Shown: positions 10,455-20,221 of the stretch, in pieces
Layout: each line of letters begins with the position of its first letter
Position numbering within the stretch: position 1 is the stretch's first letter
NCBI GenBank assembly: GCA_043744555.1
Contig: JAYTUL010000042.1
Location: forward strand, 5,854 to 69,853
Reading direction: 5' to 3'
Length of the DNA stretch: 64,000 nt
Origin: a bacterium
GTDB lineage: Bacteria > Patescibacteriota > Minisyncoccia > Phycocordibacterales > UBA6899
The notes under the pieces: generated by a model
What the model saw: only the letters and a program-made list of their open reading frames with translations
Databases searched by the model: none
Told to the model about the DNA's origin: nothing
Program-made: the position numbers and the translations under genes

Positions 10455-11704
10455 CGGTCACTGTCCCTACTGAGCGGTTATTGTTCATTTGACCAAGCCC
10501 GCCTAAAAGACCGACATCAAAAAGGTGTTGGCCATATAAGCGAGCCCGGGTTGGCTACACGCAAACTCAACTTCAGAAAATCGATGAGGGTGTTTTTTAG
10601 AGTCTCAGTCAGTGTGGGTTAAAACCCTAGCCTAGAGGCGAAGGATTCAGTATGTATCTTGCGAACAATCATAATCGCCTAACAAAATAATTCTCGCATT
10701 ACTACTCTCATTAAATTCATGAGGGTTGTGTATTGCATTGTAATTTTTGATCTATTCCTGACTTCAGTCTGGTTTCATCCTGTGTGCTAGAGCGCACAGT
10801 GGTTGAGTTATGACAAGCGAGATGTCACAATACCAAAACGAGGTGAAAGCTGAATCAATACTTAAGAATCCCCAATTATCTATCATGCTCGCCGTTATGA
10901 CTCATGAGACTTGAGAGTGGAGGATTGCACTCTTCCTCAGTGTTTGTGTTAAATGGTGGAGTGATGCTGTATGTCGAAAGCAGGATGACCCGCTCTTCAT
11001 TTCGGCTCCTGTGCGTGATCGGTTTTTTTGTTCAGACTTTTTATTGCGCGTTTCATTTTTCATATGTTCATTGTTGTTTGACAATAAACAGAGACAACCG
11101 TTTGGAGGCTGCGGCTCTGCTATATTTGGAGGATTCGCTATTTTTGAATTGTAGCTAGGAGTACTTGAGCGTCCACGGCAACATGCACTTCTGGCACTCT
11201 TGTGTGAATGCGAAAATGCGAGAACTTGTCTCATCGTAAGCACTGATTTACTTATGCAATGACGAAAGATCATTCGCATGGGTAAATCATTAAGAATGGA
11301 TAAGGCCTGCACGCGAAAGTGTAAAAAATGCATACTATAACGTGCACGCCCATCCTCTTAAACAGTTGAGTAAACCCTGAAAATAAAATAGTTGGGTTCC
11401 ACATATTTAAGAGGAGGGGCGTGCAAATTTAAATCGTGATGGGAAATTTGCACTAAAAAATATATCAAGCAAGAAAACATACAAACAAAAACAATGAACT
11501 AGATGAAAATGCTTGCAAGTCATTTCTGCTCTTCTATCACATAGTTTACAAGAAGTGTATGAAGAGATTGTGAAATACATAAAAAATTGCTCTATGGACA
11601 TGATGAACGTAAAGCCTAAAGAAAGAGGAAATTTGCGCACAAAAAAAGAGGTCATTTCTTCCACTTAATACGTTGCCAAAACTGACCCCACAAATAGGGT
11701 CAGT

Positions 11705-12742
11705 TTATTTTGGAAATCGAACGGTAAAGTTGCTGCCTTTACCCACCACACTCTCGACTTCTATTGTCGCGTCGTGCATCTTTACTATCTTGCGAACTAT
11801 CGTAAGCCCGAGACCACTCCCGCCCTTGGGGCCGTTTGCGTCCTTGTAGAACACTTCGAAGATGTGAGGGAGGTCGCTTTGCGATATGCCGCGGCCATTG
11901 TCACTTACTGAGAGGGCGGTATAGAGATTAAAATTTTCTGCCGAAAGAAGGATGGATCCGCCACGCGGAGAATTTGCGATCGCATTTTTTGTTAGGTTCA
12001 CGAGCATTTCCTCAAGTGCAGTGAAATTGCCCCATACCTTTACTGGCGTTCCCGCGCTCACCTCAATACCAACACCTGCCGCCGCCGCTTGGGTAGAAAG
12101 TAGATTTTTTGTCTTCTTTATGACATGGGTGATATCGATGGGTGACATCTCGAGATTCAATTCGTTCTCAAATGCGGCGAAGTGGATGAAGAACTCGATG
12201 ATGTTGGCCATGCGGTCCACCTCTTCGGTGATGCTTTTAGTAAGATCCCTGACCTGCTCAGTCGTAAGCATTTCACTGTACATTCGCGCTACCTCCGCAG
12301 TCGTTTTCATTACAGAAAGGGGAGTGCGAAGTTCGTGAGAGACATTTGCGGTAAAGTATTTTTGCTTCTGGCGCACGAGCTCAAATGGCTCGACAACGAT
12401 ACGCGTTAGTGTGTATGCGCTGAATGCGATGAAGCAGAACGCTAATAACTGTATTGCCGCACTCGCATCACGTAACGCTTCAAGGCTATGCGTTTCCAAG
12501 AGCGCGATCTTTTGGCCCAAGCTATAGTCAATGAAGAAATGATAGCCTAATTGTGTGAGAGTTGGACTGGTGATCAGATCAACTAGGGAATAGACAGTAA
12601 ATATGACGAGCATGAACACGAGAAAGAATTTCGTCTCGGTATTAGCAAGAATTCTCCGCAAGTTCCTGCCAATGATTCTATTCTTTGATCGTATAACCCA
12701 CCCCTCTAATAGTCTCCAATAATTTTTTTGAGTATCCTTCAT
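11705..12742 (-). CDS. Sensor histidine kinase (HisKA + HATPase)
   Basis: SHELRTPL H-box, NLTKNA N-box, DNGRGI, GGSGLGL. The true start is probably downstream (for example TTG at 12661) because the ORF overlaps the regulator. Confidence 0.92.
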   Translation of the reverse strand: MKDTQKNYWRLLEGWVIRSKNRIIGRNLRRILANTETKFFLVFMLVIFTVYSLVDLITSPTLTQLGYHFFIDYSLGQKIALLETHSLEALRDASAAIQLLAFCFIAFSAYTLTRIVVEPFELVRQKQKYFTANVSHELRTPLSVMKTTAEVARMYSEMLTTEQVRDLTKSITEEVDRMANIIEFFIHFAAFENELNLEMSPIDITHVIKKTKNLLSTQAAAAGVGIEVSAGTPVKVWGNFTALEEMLVNLTKNAIANSPRGGSILLSAENFNLYTALSVSDNGRGISQSDLPHIFEVFYKDANGPKGGSGLGLTIVRKIVKMHDATIEVESVVGKGSNFTVRFPK

Positions 12743-13352
12743 CTATTTTTTTTCTAAGATTTTTAATGTGGGCGTCGATTACGTTGCTGAGCGAGCTATC
12801 TGCAAAATCCCACAAATGCGCAAATATATCTTCGCGTCCCATAACTTGGTTGGGGTGGCGCATAAGATATTGTAAAAGTTCGAATTCTTTCAGAGTCAGA
12901 TCAATCTTGTTCTCCCCACGGGCGACCTCACGCGTAGTAGGGTTGAGGACAAGGTCGTGTAATTTTAAGATGCCTGGCAATGATTCGCGCGGTCTGCGCA
13001 GAAGTGCCTGCATGCGCGCATGCAGCTCCCCGAATGCGAACGGCTTGACTAAGTAGTCATCAGCACCGCTGTTGAGTGCGAGAATCTTGTCTTCGATGCC
13101 ATCACGCGCAGTGAGGATGAGGATGGGAAGTGTGACCCCAAGCGAGCGAACGCTTTTGCAGATCTCAAAACCGTTCTTCCCTGGAAGCATAAGATCCAAT
13201 ATAACAATGTCATAGTCGTTGCGACACATGAGTATTCGGTTCTCTCCACGGGGACCGTCTTCGATCACATCGACAGTATAACCCTCGTACTTTAAACCAG
13301 ATTTCAGTGCCTGCGCGAGCTTCTCTTCATCTTCGACGATTAATACCTTCAT
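12678..13352 (-). CDS. OmpR/PhoB-family response regulator
   Basis: VLIVEDE, ILDLMLPG, GADDYLVKPF, ETIRGVGY. Confidence 0.95.
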   Translation of the reverse strand: MKVLIVEDEEKLAQALKSGLKYEGYTVDVIEDGPRGENRILMCRNDYDIVILDLMLPGKNGFEICKSVRSLGVTLPILILTARDGIEDKILALNSGADDYLVKPFAFGELHARMQALLRRPRESLPGILKLHDLVLNPTTREVARGENKIDLTLKEFELLQYLMRHPNQVMGREDIFAHLWDFADSSLSNVIDAHIKNLRKKIDEGYSKKLLETIRGVGYTIKE

Positions 13353-13403
13353 AAATGATGTGCGTGAGCGATTTGATAATTACTTTGATAGTGTCTCAAT
13401 AAT

Positions 13404-13431
13404 ATGCAAAGTGTATGAAATTTTCATGAAG
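13404..13431. promoter_or_regulatory. Putative OmpR-type tandem binding site
   Basis: ATGCAA / ATGAAA / ATGAAG at 13404, 13415 and 13426 (11-bp period), upstream of the response regulator. Confidence 0.45.
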
Positions 13432-13783
13432 ATTTACCATCAATCAGGGGTTGGCTATTTGGCCTTTATTTAAGCCAGACTCGTTTTGTACTATAGTATA
13501 GTAGAGTAATTTTGTCAAGAATTGGAACGGACTCTCTCTCACCAAAACATGTGGTGATTGAATTGGAAGTACTTGAAATGGTGAGGACGTTAGAACTATT
13601 TTTGAGCACTTAAACGACTCTACTATTATATTCCAGTTGGGGGTTGGTAACAGTTTTTGTTAGCTATAACGGACTCTATCCCGCTAAGGTATGGGAACTC
13701 AGCGTCCCCCGCATCCGAGAGCACACACAGGTTCGTCGTCTGTATTTCAGACAAAAGTCAGTAATAAGCGTATAGTAGAGATC

Positions 13784-14353
13784 ATGCAAAACACCAAACA
13801 GATCATACTCTCAGCCTCCCTTATTGCCGTTTTTATCCTTTTTGTCATTTATGAGAAACAAAATGCAGATTCTTCTGCTAACGCTTTCGTTGCACCCTTG
13901 GCTCAAGGCACTCCTACTGCCATCGATAAAACCCCAAGCGTGACACCCGCAGTACCTCCCGCAACACCCACAAAGCCTTACATACCAGCTCCAACTCCCA
14001 CGCAAGTAGCCATAAAACCAAGTCCCGCGGCTCCCGCTCCAGTTCCTGCGCCTACACCTAGGGTTGCCAAATACCAAGACGGCACGTTTACAGGAAAAGT
14101 TGCAGATGCCTATTTCGGCAATTTGCAAGTTGCGACTGTCATAAATAGCGGTAAGATCACTGATGTGAAATTTCTGGAATATCCAAACGATCAACCTGAG
14201 TCTCTTCAGATAAGCAACCGCACGATGCCTAAACTTAAGTCCGAGGCAATAAGTTCGCAGAGTGAAAAAGTAGATATTATTTCTGGAGCGACACAGACTT
14301 GCGAAGCATTCAATGAGTCGCTCGCAGACGCATTGTTGCAAGCAAAGGCATAA
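13784..14353 (+). CDS. Membrane-anchored FMN-binding domain protein (flavinylation substrate)
   Basis: TM anchor, Pro-rich linker, YQDGTFTG, VDIISGAT flavinylation motif. Start supported by TATAGT 7 nt upstream. Confidence 0.9.
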   Translation: MQNTKQIILSASLIAVFILFVIYEKQNADSSANAFVAPLAQGTPTAIDKTPSVTPAVPPATPTKPYIPAPTPTQVAIKPSPAAPAPVPAPTPRVAKYQDGTFTGKVADAYFGNLQVATVINSGKITDVKFLEYPNDQPESLQISNRTMPKLKSEAISSQSEKVDIISGATQTCEAFNESLADALLQAKA

Positions 14354-14357
14354 GACC

Positions 14358-15107
14358 ATGAAGGAGACGAGACCGGTCATGGGTATGCCTATCACGATTG
14401 AGATATGCGACTTAAATACAGACGCACTTATAATAGAAAAAGTTTTTTCGTACTTTACGCGCACTGATGAGCGTTTCAGTACCTATAAATACGGGAGTGA
14501 GATATCACAATTAAACCGAGGTGAACTTTTGGAGCATGAGTTCAGCCCCGAAATGAAAGAAGTATTATTGCTAGCTGAAATAACTAAGCAAGAAACTCGA
14601 GGATACTTTGATATTTGCACACTGGATGGCCATTTGGATCCATCGGGTATCGTAAAGGGTCTCGCGATACTGCGCGCGGGAGCACTTATTAGGGAGGCTT
14701 CGTTTGAAAATTTTTATATTGAAGCAGGCGGTGATATTGAATCACAAGGATATAACAGTAGCGGGTTGCCCTGGCGGGTGGGAATAAAGGATCCATTCGA
14801 TCCAAAGCGCATTGTAAAGATCATTACCCCCAATGGCTCTGGTGTCGCAACCTCAGGCACATACGAAAGGGGGGAACATATCTATGATCCAATAAATAAG
14901 ACACGCACCGTGGGTGATATAATAAGCATCACGGTCGTGGGTAGAAATGTATACGAGGCCGACCGCTTTGCAACGGCAGCATTCGCCATGGGAAGTAAGG
15001 GGATAGCCTTTATAGAAGACACGCCGAACACTGAGGGCTACAGTATTGACAGTAGTGGTATAGGAACTATGACAAGTGGTTTTGATAAGTTTGTATCAGA
15101 TAAATAA
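14358..15107 (+). CDS. apbE: FAD:protein FMN transferase
   Basis: MGMPITI, DPSGIVKG, EAGGDI, PWRVGIKDP, VATSGTYERGEHIYDP, ADRFATA. Confidence 0.92.
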   Translation: MKETRPVMGMPITIEICDLNTDALIIEKVFSYFTRTDERFSTYKYGSEISQLNRGELLEHEFSPEMKEVLLLAEITKQETRGYFDICTLDGHLDPSGIVKGLAILRAGALIREASFENFYIEAGGDIESQGYNSSGLPWRVGIKDPFDPKRIVKIITPNGSGVATSGTYERGEHIYDPINKTRTVGDIISITVVGRNVYEADRFATAAFAMGSKGIAFIEDTPNTEGYSIDSSGIGTMTSGFDKFVSDK

Positions 15108-15112
15108 TATTT

Positions 15113-16633
15113 ATGCTTCTCACAATCGATAATTTTTTGAATAAGATAACGATGTATCGGCTGGTCCTTTATTATCTGACTGGACTTTTTTTTATCGCAC
15201 TTCTATTCGCAATATTCGGTATCCTTCCGTACTCGCCGGTTGCACTAGTCTATTCCCTTATCGTGTTACTTATGGCATGTGTACTCACGAACACATTGTT
15301 CGCACGCGTATTCGCAGTCGAGGCGAATGTTGAATCAACATATATCACCGCTTTCATTCTTGCCCTCATCATCTCTCCCGTTGCGGTAAGTGATATACAT
15401 GGTGGACTTTTCCTTGTGAGCGCGGCGGTCATCGCGATGGCTTCTAAGTTCGTCTTTGCCATCGATCGAAAGCATATCTTTAATCCCGCGGCATTTGCAG
15501 TCGCCATCACCGCGGCAACCATGGGTAACTCTGCAAGCTGGTGGGTGGGCGGCAATATCCCCATGATCCTATTTGTGGTGATCGGAGGAGTGCTCGTGGT
15601 GCGGAAGATTCGCCACGTCGATCTGATGGTCGCTTTTTTTGTAGCTGCGCTCGTAAGTGTTGCCTTATTTGCACGCGCGGGAGCCGACCCGCTACTGTCG
15701 ATGCAAAAAGCCCTTACACATTCGCCTATTTTATTTCTTGCGTTTGTCATGCTCACCGAGCCACTCACGACACCTCCCACACGAAAGCTGCGCATACTTT
15801 ATGCAGGACTTGTGGGATTACTCTATTCGCCAGCAGTGCACCTCGCGAGTATTTATTCAACTCCGGAGCTTGCGCTCTTGGTCGGAAATATATTTTCATA
15901 CTGCGTGAGCCCCAAAGGTAAACTTCTCCTTCGTCTGAAAGAGATAAAAAGCATCGCTTTCGGAACTCAAGAATATGTTTTTGATGCTCCCACAATACCC
16001 GAGTTCAAATCCGGTCAATATATGGAATGGACTCTAGGGCAAGCACACATCGATAGTCGTGGTAATCGCAGGTACTTCACTATCGCTTCCTCGCCCACTG
16101 AACCGACCATCCGTCTTGGGGTGCGCATGTACCCTAATGCGAGTACATTCAAAAGTACGCTCGCGACACTGAGTCCTGGTGACACCCTGATCGCAGGGCA
16201 ACTTGCAGGAGATTTTGTCTTGCCCGAAGATAAGAAACAAAAATTAGTTTTTATTGCTGGCGGTATCGGCGTAACTCCTTTTCGCAGCATGATCAAATAC
16301 ATGCTTGATACGAATGAGAAGCGAACAATCACGCTCATGTATTCGAACAAAACAGCGTCTGAGATCGCATACAAAGAACTTTTTGAGGAAGCAGCAGAAA
16401 AACTCGGTATTAAGAATGTTTATACTCTCACAGATGAAATTCCTAAGGATTGGAGTGGTCGCACGGGATTCATTAGTAGGACGATGATCGAAGAAGAGGT
16501 GCAGGATCACCTAGAGAGTATGTTCTATATTTCAGGTCCACAGGCAATGGTCGCCACTTTTGAGAAAACACTTTCAGAAATGGGCATTCCAAAGAGTCAT
16601 ATCAAAACTGACTTTTTCCCAGGTTTCGCCTGA
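15113..16633 (+). CDS. RnfD/NqrB-like membrane domain fused to a ferredoxin-NADP-reductase-type FAD/NAD(P)H domain
   Basis: KHIFNPAA and MLTEPLTTP (RnfD-like); RRYFTIASSP, IAGGIGVTPFRSM and YISGP (FNR-like). Confidence 0.88.
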   Translation: MLLTIDNFLNKITMYRLVLYYLTGLFFIALLFAIFGILPYSPVALVYSLIVLLMACVLTNTLFARVFAVEANVESTYITAFILALIISPVAVSDIHGGLFLVSAAVIAMASKFVFAIDRKHIFNPAAFAVAITAATMGNSASWWVGGNIPMILFVVIGGVLVVRKIRHVDLMVAFFVAALVSVALFARAGADPLLSMQKALTHSPILFLAFVMLTEPLTTPPTRKLRILYAGLVGLLYSPAVHLASIYSTPELALLVGNIFSYCVSPKGKLLLRLKEIKSIAFGTQEYVFDAPTIPEFKSGQYMEWTLGQAHIDSRGNRRYFTIASSPTEPTIRLGVRMYPNASTFKSTLATLSPGDTLIAGQLAGDFVLPEDKKQKLVFIAGGIGVTPFRSMIKYMLDTNEKRTITLMYSNKTASEIAYKELFEEAAEKLGIKNVYTLTDEIPKDWSGRTGFISRTMIEEEVQDHLESMFYISGPQAMVATFEKTLSEMGIPKSHIKTDFFPGFA

Positions 16634-16665
16634 GCAGCAGTAACTCTGGTATAATTGTTTTTACT

Positions 16666-18342
16666 ATGAACGACCTGAACGAAAAGAAGGAAGTGGGTGA
16701 GATCAAGTCTTTTTTTAAGGGAGACGTTGAAGAAAGCGATGCAGTGCTCGATGAGTACAGCCATGACACGAGTCTCTTCACTGTGAGACCAAGCCTTGTT
16801 ACATTTCCAAAAGATAGTGCTGACATATCTCAGTTGGTGCATTATGTAAATAAAAAAAATAGCGAGGGGGGGGAACAGAAACTCTCTCTTACCGCGCGTT
16901 GTGCAGGTACGGATATGACCGGAGGCCCACTCACAGAGTCTATTGTGGTCGCATGTACGCGCTATCTCAATAAGCTGAGATCCATTGAAGGCGACATCGC
17001 AGTGGTCGAGCCTGGGATGTTCTATCGTGATTTTGATAAGGAGACCCTCAAACACGGACTGATACTTCCAAGCTACACTGCTTCGCGCGAGATAAATACC
17101 GTCGGGGGAATGGCTGCAAACAATTCAGGCGGTGAAAAGAATCTCATGTACGGTAAGACCGAGCGCTGGGTAAGGGCGCTCTCCGTAGTGCTCGATGACG
17201 GCTCTATTGAGATATTCCATGAGCTTACATCGGACGAGCTTGAAGCCAAGAAATCGGCAAGTAATCGTGCAGCCGAGATCTACCGCAAGATGCATGAACT
17301 CATCATCCAAAATTACGATGTCATCATGACCGCGAAACCAAATGTTTCGAAGAATTCTTCAGGTTACTACTTGTGGAATGTCTACGATAAAGAACGCGGA
17401 ACATTTGATCTTACTAAGATGATCGTCGGCTCGCAGGGAACGCTAGGTATTATCACCGAGATAACCTATGCACTCGTCAAGCCAAAGCCGCACCGACGCA
17501 TGATCACCATTTTCCTGAAGGATCTGTCTTTTCTTGGCACGCTCGTCAATCATGTGCTTTCATTTAAGCCTGAAAGCTTTGAGTCATACGATGACCACAC
17601 GTTCTCACTTGCCATGCGCTTCTTCCCTCAGATAGCAAAGCGCTTGAAGGGTAACTTGATCACGCTTGGAATTAGTTTTATTCCTGAGTTTTGGCTCGTC
17701 ATCTCGGGGGGCGTGCCCAAGCTCATTCTGCTTGCAGAATTCTCAGGCGACACCGAAGAAGAGGTCGTGCGCAACGCCACAGCTGCCGCAAAAGACATTG
17801 CAGACACATTTCATGTGCCTGTACGCGTGCTCCACTCTGAGGCTGAGGCAGAGAAGTATTGGGTCATTCGTCGTGAAAGCTTTAGTTTGTTGAGACAGAA
17901 TCTGCATGGAATGCGCACCGCACCGTTTATCGATGATTTCGTGGTTCGTCCTGAATTCCTGCCTGAGTTCATGCCAAAGTTGAATACTATTCTCGATAAG
18001 TATCATTTAATCTATACCATCGCGGGACATGTTGGGGACGGAAATTTCCATATCATACCGCTTATGGATCTTTACGACCCAAAGTCCAAAGAAATCATTC
18101 AGACACTTTCCAAAGAAGTCTATGAGCTCGTGTTCTCATATCACGGTGTCATCACGGGCGAGCACAACGACGGCATTATTCGTACCCCCTATCTTGAGGA
18201 AGAATTTGGTACTCCTATCTACGACTTGTTCATTGCGACTAAGAATATTTTTGATCCCAACGCAATTTTCAATCCCGGCAAGAAAGTCGGAGGCACGCTT
18301 GCTTATGCCATGGAGCACATCGACACTCGCAAAACCGCCTAG
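16666..18342 (+). CDS. FAD-linked oxidoreductase (GlcD / D-lactate dehydrogenase family)
   Basis: ARCAGTDMTG, GGMAANNSGG, GSQGTLGIITE, GHVGDGNFH, GEHNDG, FDPNAIFNPGK. Confidence 0.9.
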   Translation: MNDLNEKKEVGEIKSFFKGDVEESDAVLDEYSHDTSLFTVRPSLVTFPKDSADISQLVHYVNKKNSEGGEQKLSLTARCAGTDMTGGPLTESIVVACTRYLNKLRSIEGDIAVVEPGMFYRDFDKETLKHGLILPSYTASREINTVGGMAANNSGGEKNLMYGKTERWVRALSVVLDDGSIEIFHELTSDELEAKKSASNRAAEIYRKMHELIIQNYDVIMTAKPNVSKNSSGYYLWNVYDKERGTFDLTKMIVGSQGTLGIITEITYALVKPKPHRRMITIFLKDLSFLGTLVNHVLSFKPESFESYDDHTFSLAMRFFPQIAKRLKGNLITLGISFIPEFWLVISGGVPKLILLAEFSGDTEEEVVRNATAAAKDIADTFHVPVRVLHSEAEAEKYWVIRRESFSLLRQNLHGMRTAPFIDDFVVRPEFLPEFMPKLNTILDKYHLIYTIAGHVGDGNFHIIPLMDLYDPKSKEIIQTLSKEVYELVFSYHGVITGEHNDGIIRTPYLEEEFGTPIYDLFIATKNIFDPNAIFNPGKKVGGTLAYAMEHIDTRKTA

Positions 18343-18343
18343 C

Positions 18344-18459
18344 AAAGGTCGCAGCACTTGGCGCACTACTCGCCCTTCCTTCTTTGGGTTTGGAGGCAGT
18401 ATCACTCAAACACCAAATCTGTCCAGGACTTCGCATTGCACCCAATTGCCGCACCCTTT
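18344..18459 (+). repeat. Palindromic element, copy A
   Basis: Outer stem plus core ACTCGCCCTTCCTTC-[hairpin]-CTGTCCAGGACTTCG. Confidence 0.7.
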
Positions 18460-18628
18460 CGTCTGATCTTTGTCAGCAAGGTTTTTTAATTATATGAGCC
18501 AACGCGCAAGTAGCTAATTTCGATACAGTGCGAGGCGACAAGGTCGTGGCAACCAAAAATTAGAGTGATACATTAAAACTTATATAATCGGATGCATTGC
18601 CTAGTTATTAATGAAACAGTCAAGATTC

Positions 18629-18756
18629 AAAAAACGCGATAAATCGGATGGAGCGCGAAGTTCTGGACTGAGGGGGTGTTTGTGAAGCTGTACAGAAGTA
18701 CTGCTTCCAAACCCGCCGAAGGAAGGACGAGTGGGCCGCCGATTTTTCGCGTTTTT
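18629..18756 (-). repeat. Palindromic element, copy B (inverted relative to A)
   Basis: Minus strand reads ACTCGTCCTTCCTTC-[hairpin]-CAGTCCAGAACTTCG inside the outer stem AAAAACGCGA...TCGCGTTTTT. Confidence 0.75.
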
Positions 18757-19900
18757 AAAAGGTTGGGGTGCAAACGTAGATCAGATGATTGGAATAGTCA
18801 CTACCCGCAGCCTGTAATCCAGATATTTCTATCTTATATGCGACGCGGATCTTTCCAATATTTTGCGTTGAACCGTCTGCGGCACTCGCATTGGAGAAAA
18901 TAACTCGTGTTGTTGTCGCAAAATTACCAACATATTTTGAACCGGAAAATTCGCCAGCATTCAGGTCCGCATCATCACTTGTGACTCCCATGTGTCCATA
19001 GGTGAGCGCATTTCCTGTTGTTGCTGCTGGCGCTGTCCACACAATAGGGGTCGCCTGGCCATTTCCATCTTTGAAAGTGTATATCTGGGAGCCTGCGCTT
19101 GAGATCAGGTTTTGGTCTTCTTTAACTGTAACAACAAATCCACTCACGGCATTTGTTGTTACTGAGAGTTCTTGTCCAGCAATGATAGGCGTGGATGGGG
19201 TCAAAATTCCATAAGCAATTGCTGTTGCGCTCGTGGTGGTCGAAGTTATCTCGCCATTGACTGCCGAGCCCGAGGCAAGTCCGGTTATTGTAAAGAAAAG
19301 ACTGGTTGCGACATCAGCTGAGACGAGGACCTGATTCAAAATGACGACTCGGGTATCGCCACTGTCAGGTTGTGTGCCTGCTACGCGAACAATGTATGAG
19401 CCTGGAGTGGCGGGGTTAGTAACATGATTATTGGTGAATACGACAGTTTTATTTCCGCTCGAGACGGCGCCGCATGCGGTCAGGGTAACACTCTTATTGC
19501 CGGCTGCATTGGAGATACCACCACTTATTGAAACCTGATTCGCAGTTACTGCACCACATGCCCCCGTGGTGATCGTGAGATTGGTGGGTGTGCCTGATGT
19601 TATGACATCAGTACTTACAAGTGAGGCAAGATCAAAGGTGCTATTGCCTGGATCAAAGCTTATCTTGATGGTCTGGCCTAAAGCGAGCGCATTTGTCGCT
19701 GTCCAATTAACTGTGTAATTGGTATTAGCAGAAGGCACACTTGAAGATGCTGTGGCACTGATCGGGGTTAGCGCGGCAGCAGACGCAGTCGCAAAAATAA
19801 GCGACCATCCGCTTAGGCCTAATAATATTGAAATGATGAGCGAAAATGCGATACTCGGCGTGCTCAAAATAGACCGAATAACAAAACGGGGATAGTTCAT
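18755..19900 (-). CDS. Secreted Thr/Ser/Ala-rich beta-strand surface protein
   Basis: Signal-like N-terminus; Ig/WxL-like composition ending in YSNHLIYVCTPTF. Confidence 0.75.
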   Translation of the reverse strand: MNYPRFVIRSILSTPSIAFSLIISILLGLSGWSLIFATASAAALTPISATASSSVPSANTNYTVNWTATNALALGQTIKISFDPGNSTFDLASLVSTDVITSGTPTNLTITTGACGAVTANQVSISGGISNAAGNKSVTLTACGAVSSGNKTVVFTNNHVTNPATPGSYIVRVAGTQPDSGDTRVVILNQVLVSADVATSLFFTITGLASGSAVNGEITSTTTSATAIAYGILTPSTPIIAGQELSVTTNAVSGFVVTVKEDQNLISSAGSQIYTFKDGNGQATPIVWTAPAATTGNALTYGHMGVTSDDADLNAGEFSGSKYVGNFATTTRVIFSNASAADGSTQNIGKIRVAYKIEISGLQAAGSDYSNHLIYVCTPTF

Positions 19901-20095
19901 GTGGGGAGAACTATAGCTAGATTTATAAGTTGTGAGTATTAGATCCGTTGGGGAGATCTAATTGTTTTTCGTTACAAAAAACGTAGAAACTGGGAAATTG
20001 ACATTTGAAGCAATGCAGCATGCAGTGCAATAGATGTGTTCCCGTCGACAACAATTGGGATGGCTGTCTGTTTGAATCAGCGAAGTTTTCCTCTG

Positions 20096-20200
20096 TTATC
20101 CACAAATTTATCAATCTGCAAAAAACACTTAAACAACGCCCATTTATTATAGCGTAAACTGTGAATTACGTGTGGATAAAATGTGGAGAGAGGTGGATAA
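20096..20200. promoter_or_regulatory. Cluster of DnaA-box-like nonamers
   Basis: TTATCCACA at 20096; TGTGGATAA at 20171; TGTGGAGAG at 20182; GGTGGATAA at 20192. Confidence 0.55.
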
Positions 20201-20221
20201 CTCTAACAAATCTTAAATTGT

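Noticed and set aside
10460-11700. Short ORFs in the gene-poor stretch
   Set aside because: No recognisable motifs or start signals; left unannotated.
18368-18733. A single MITE with long terminal inverted repeats
   Set aside because: Each end is itself a self-contained hairpin and a lone copy exists at 41.3 kb, so two independent inverted copies explain it better. No target-site duplication was seen.
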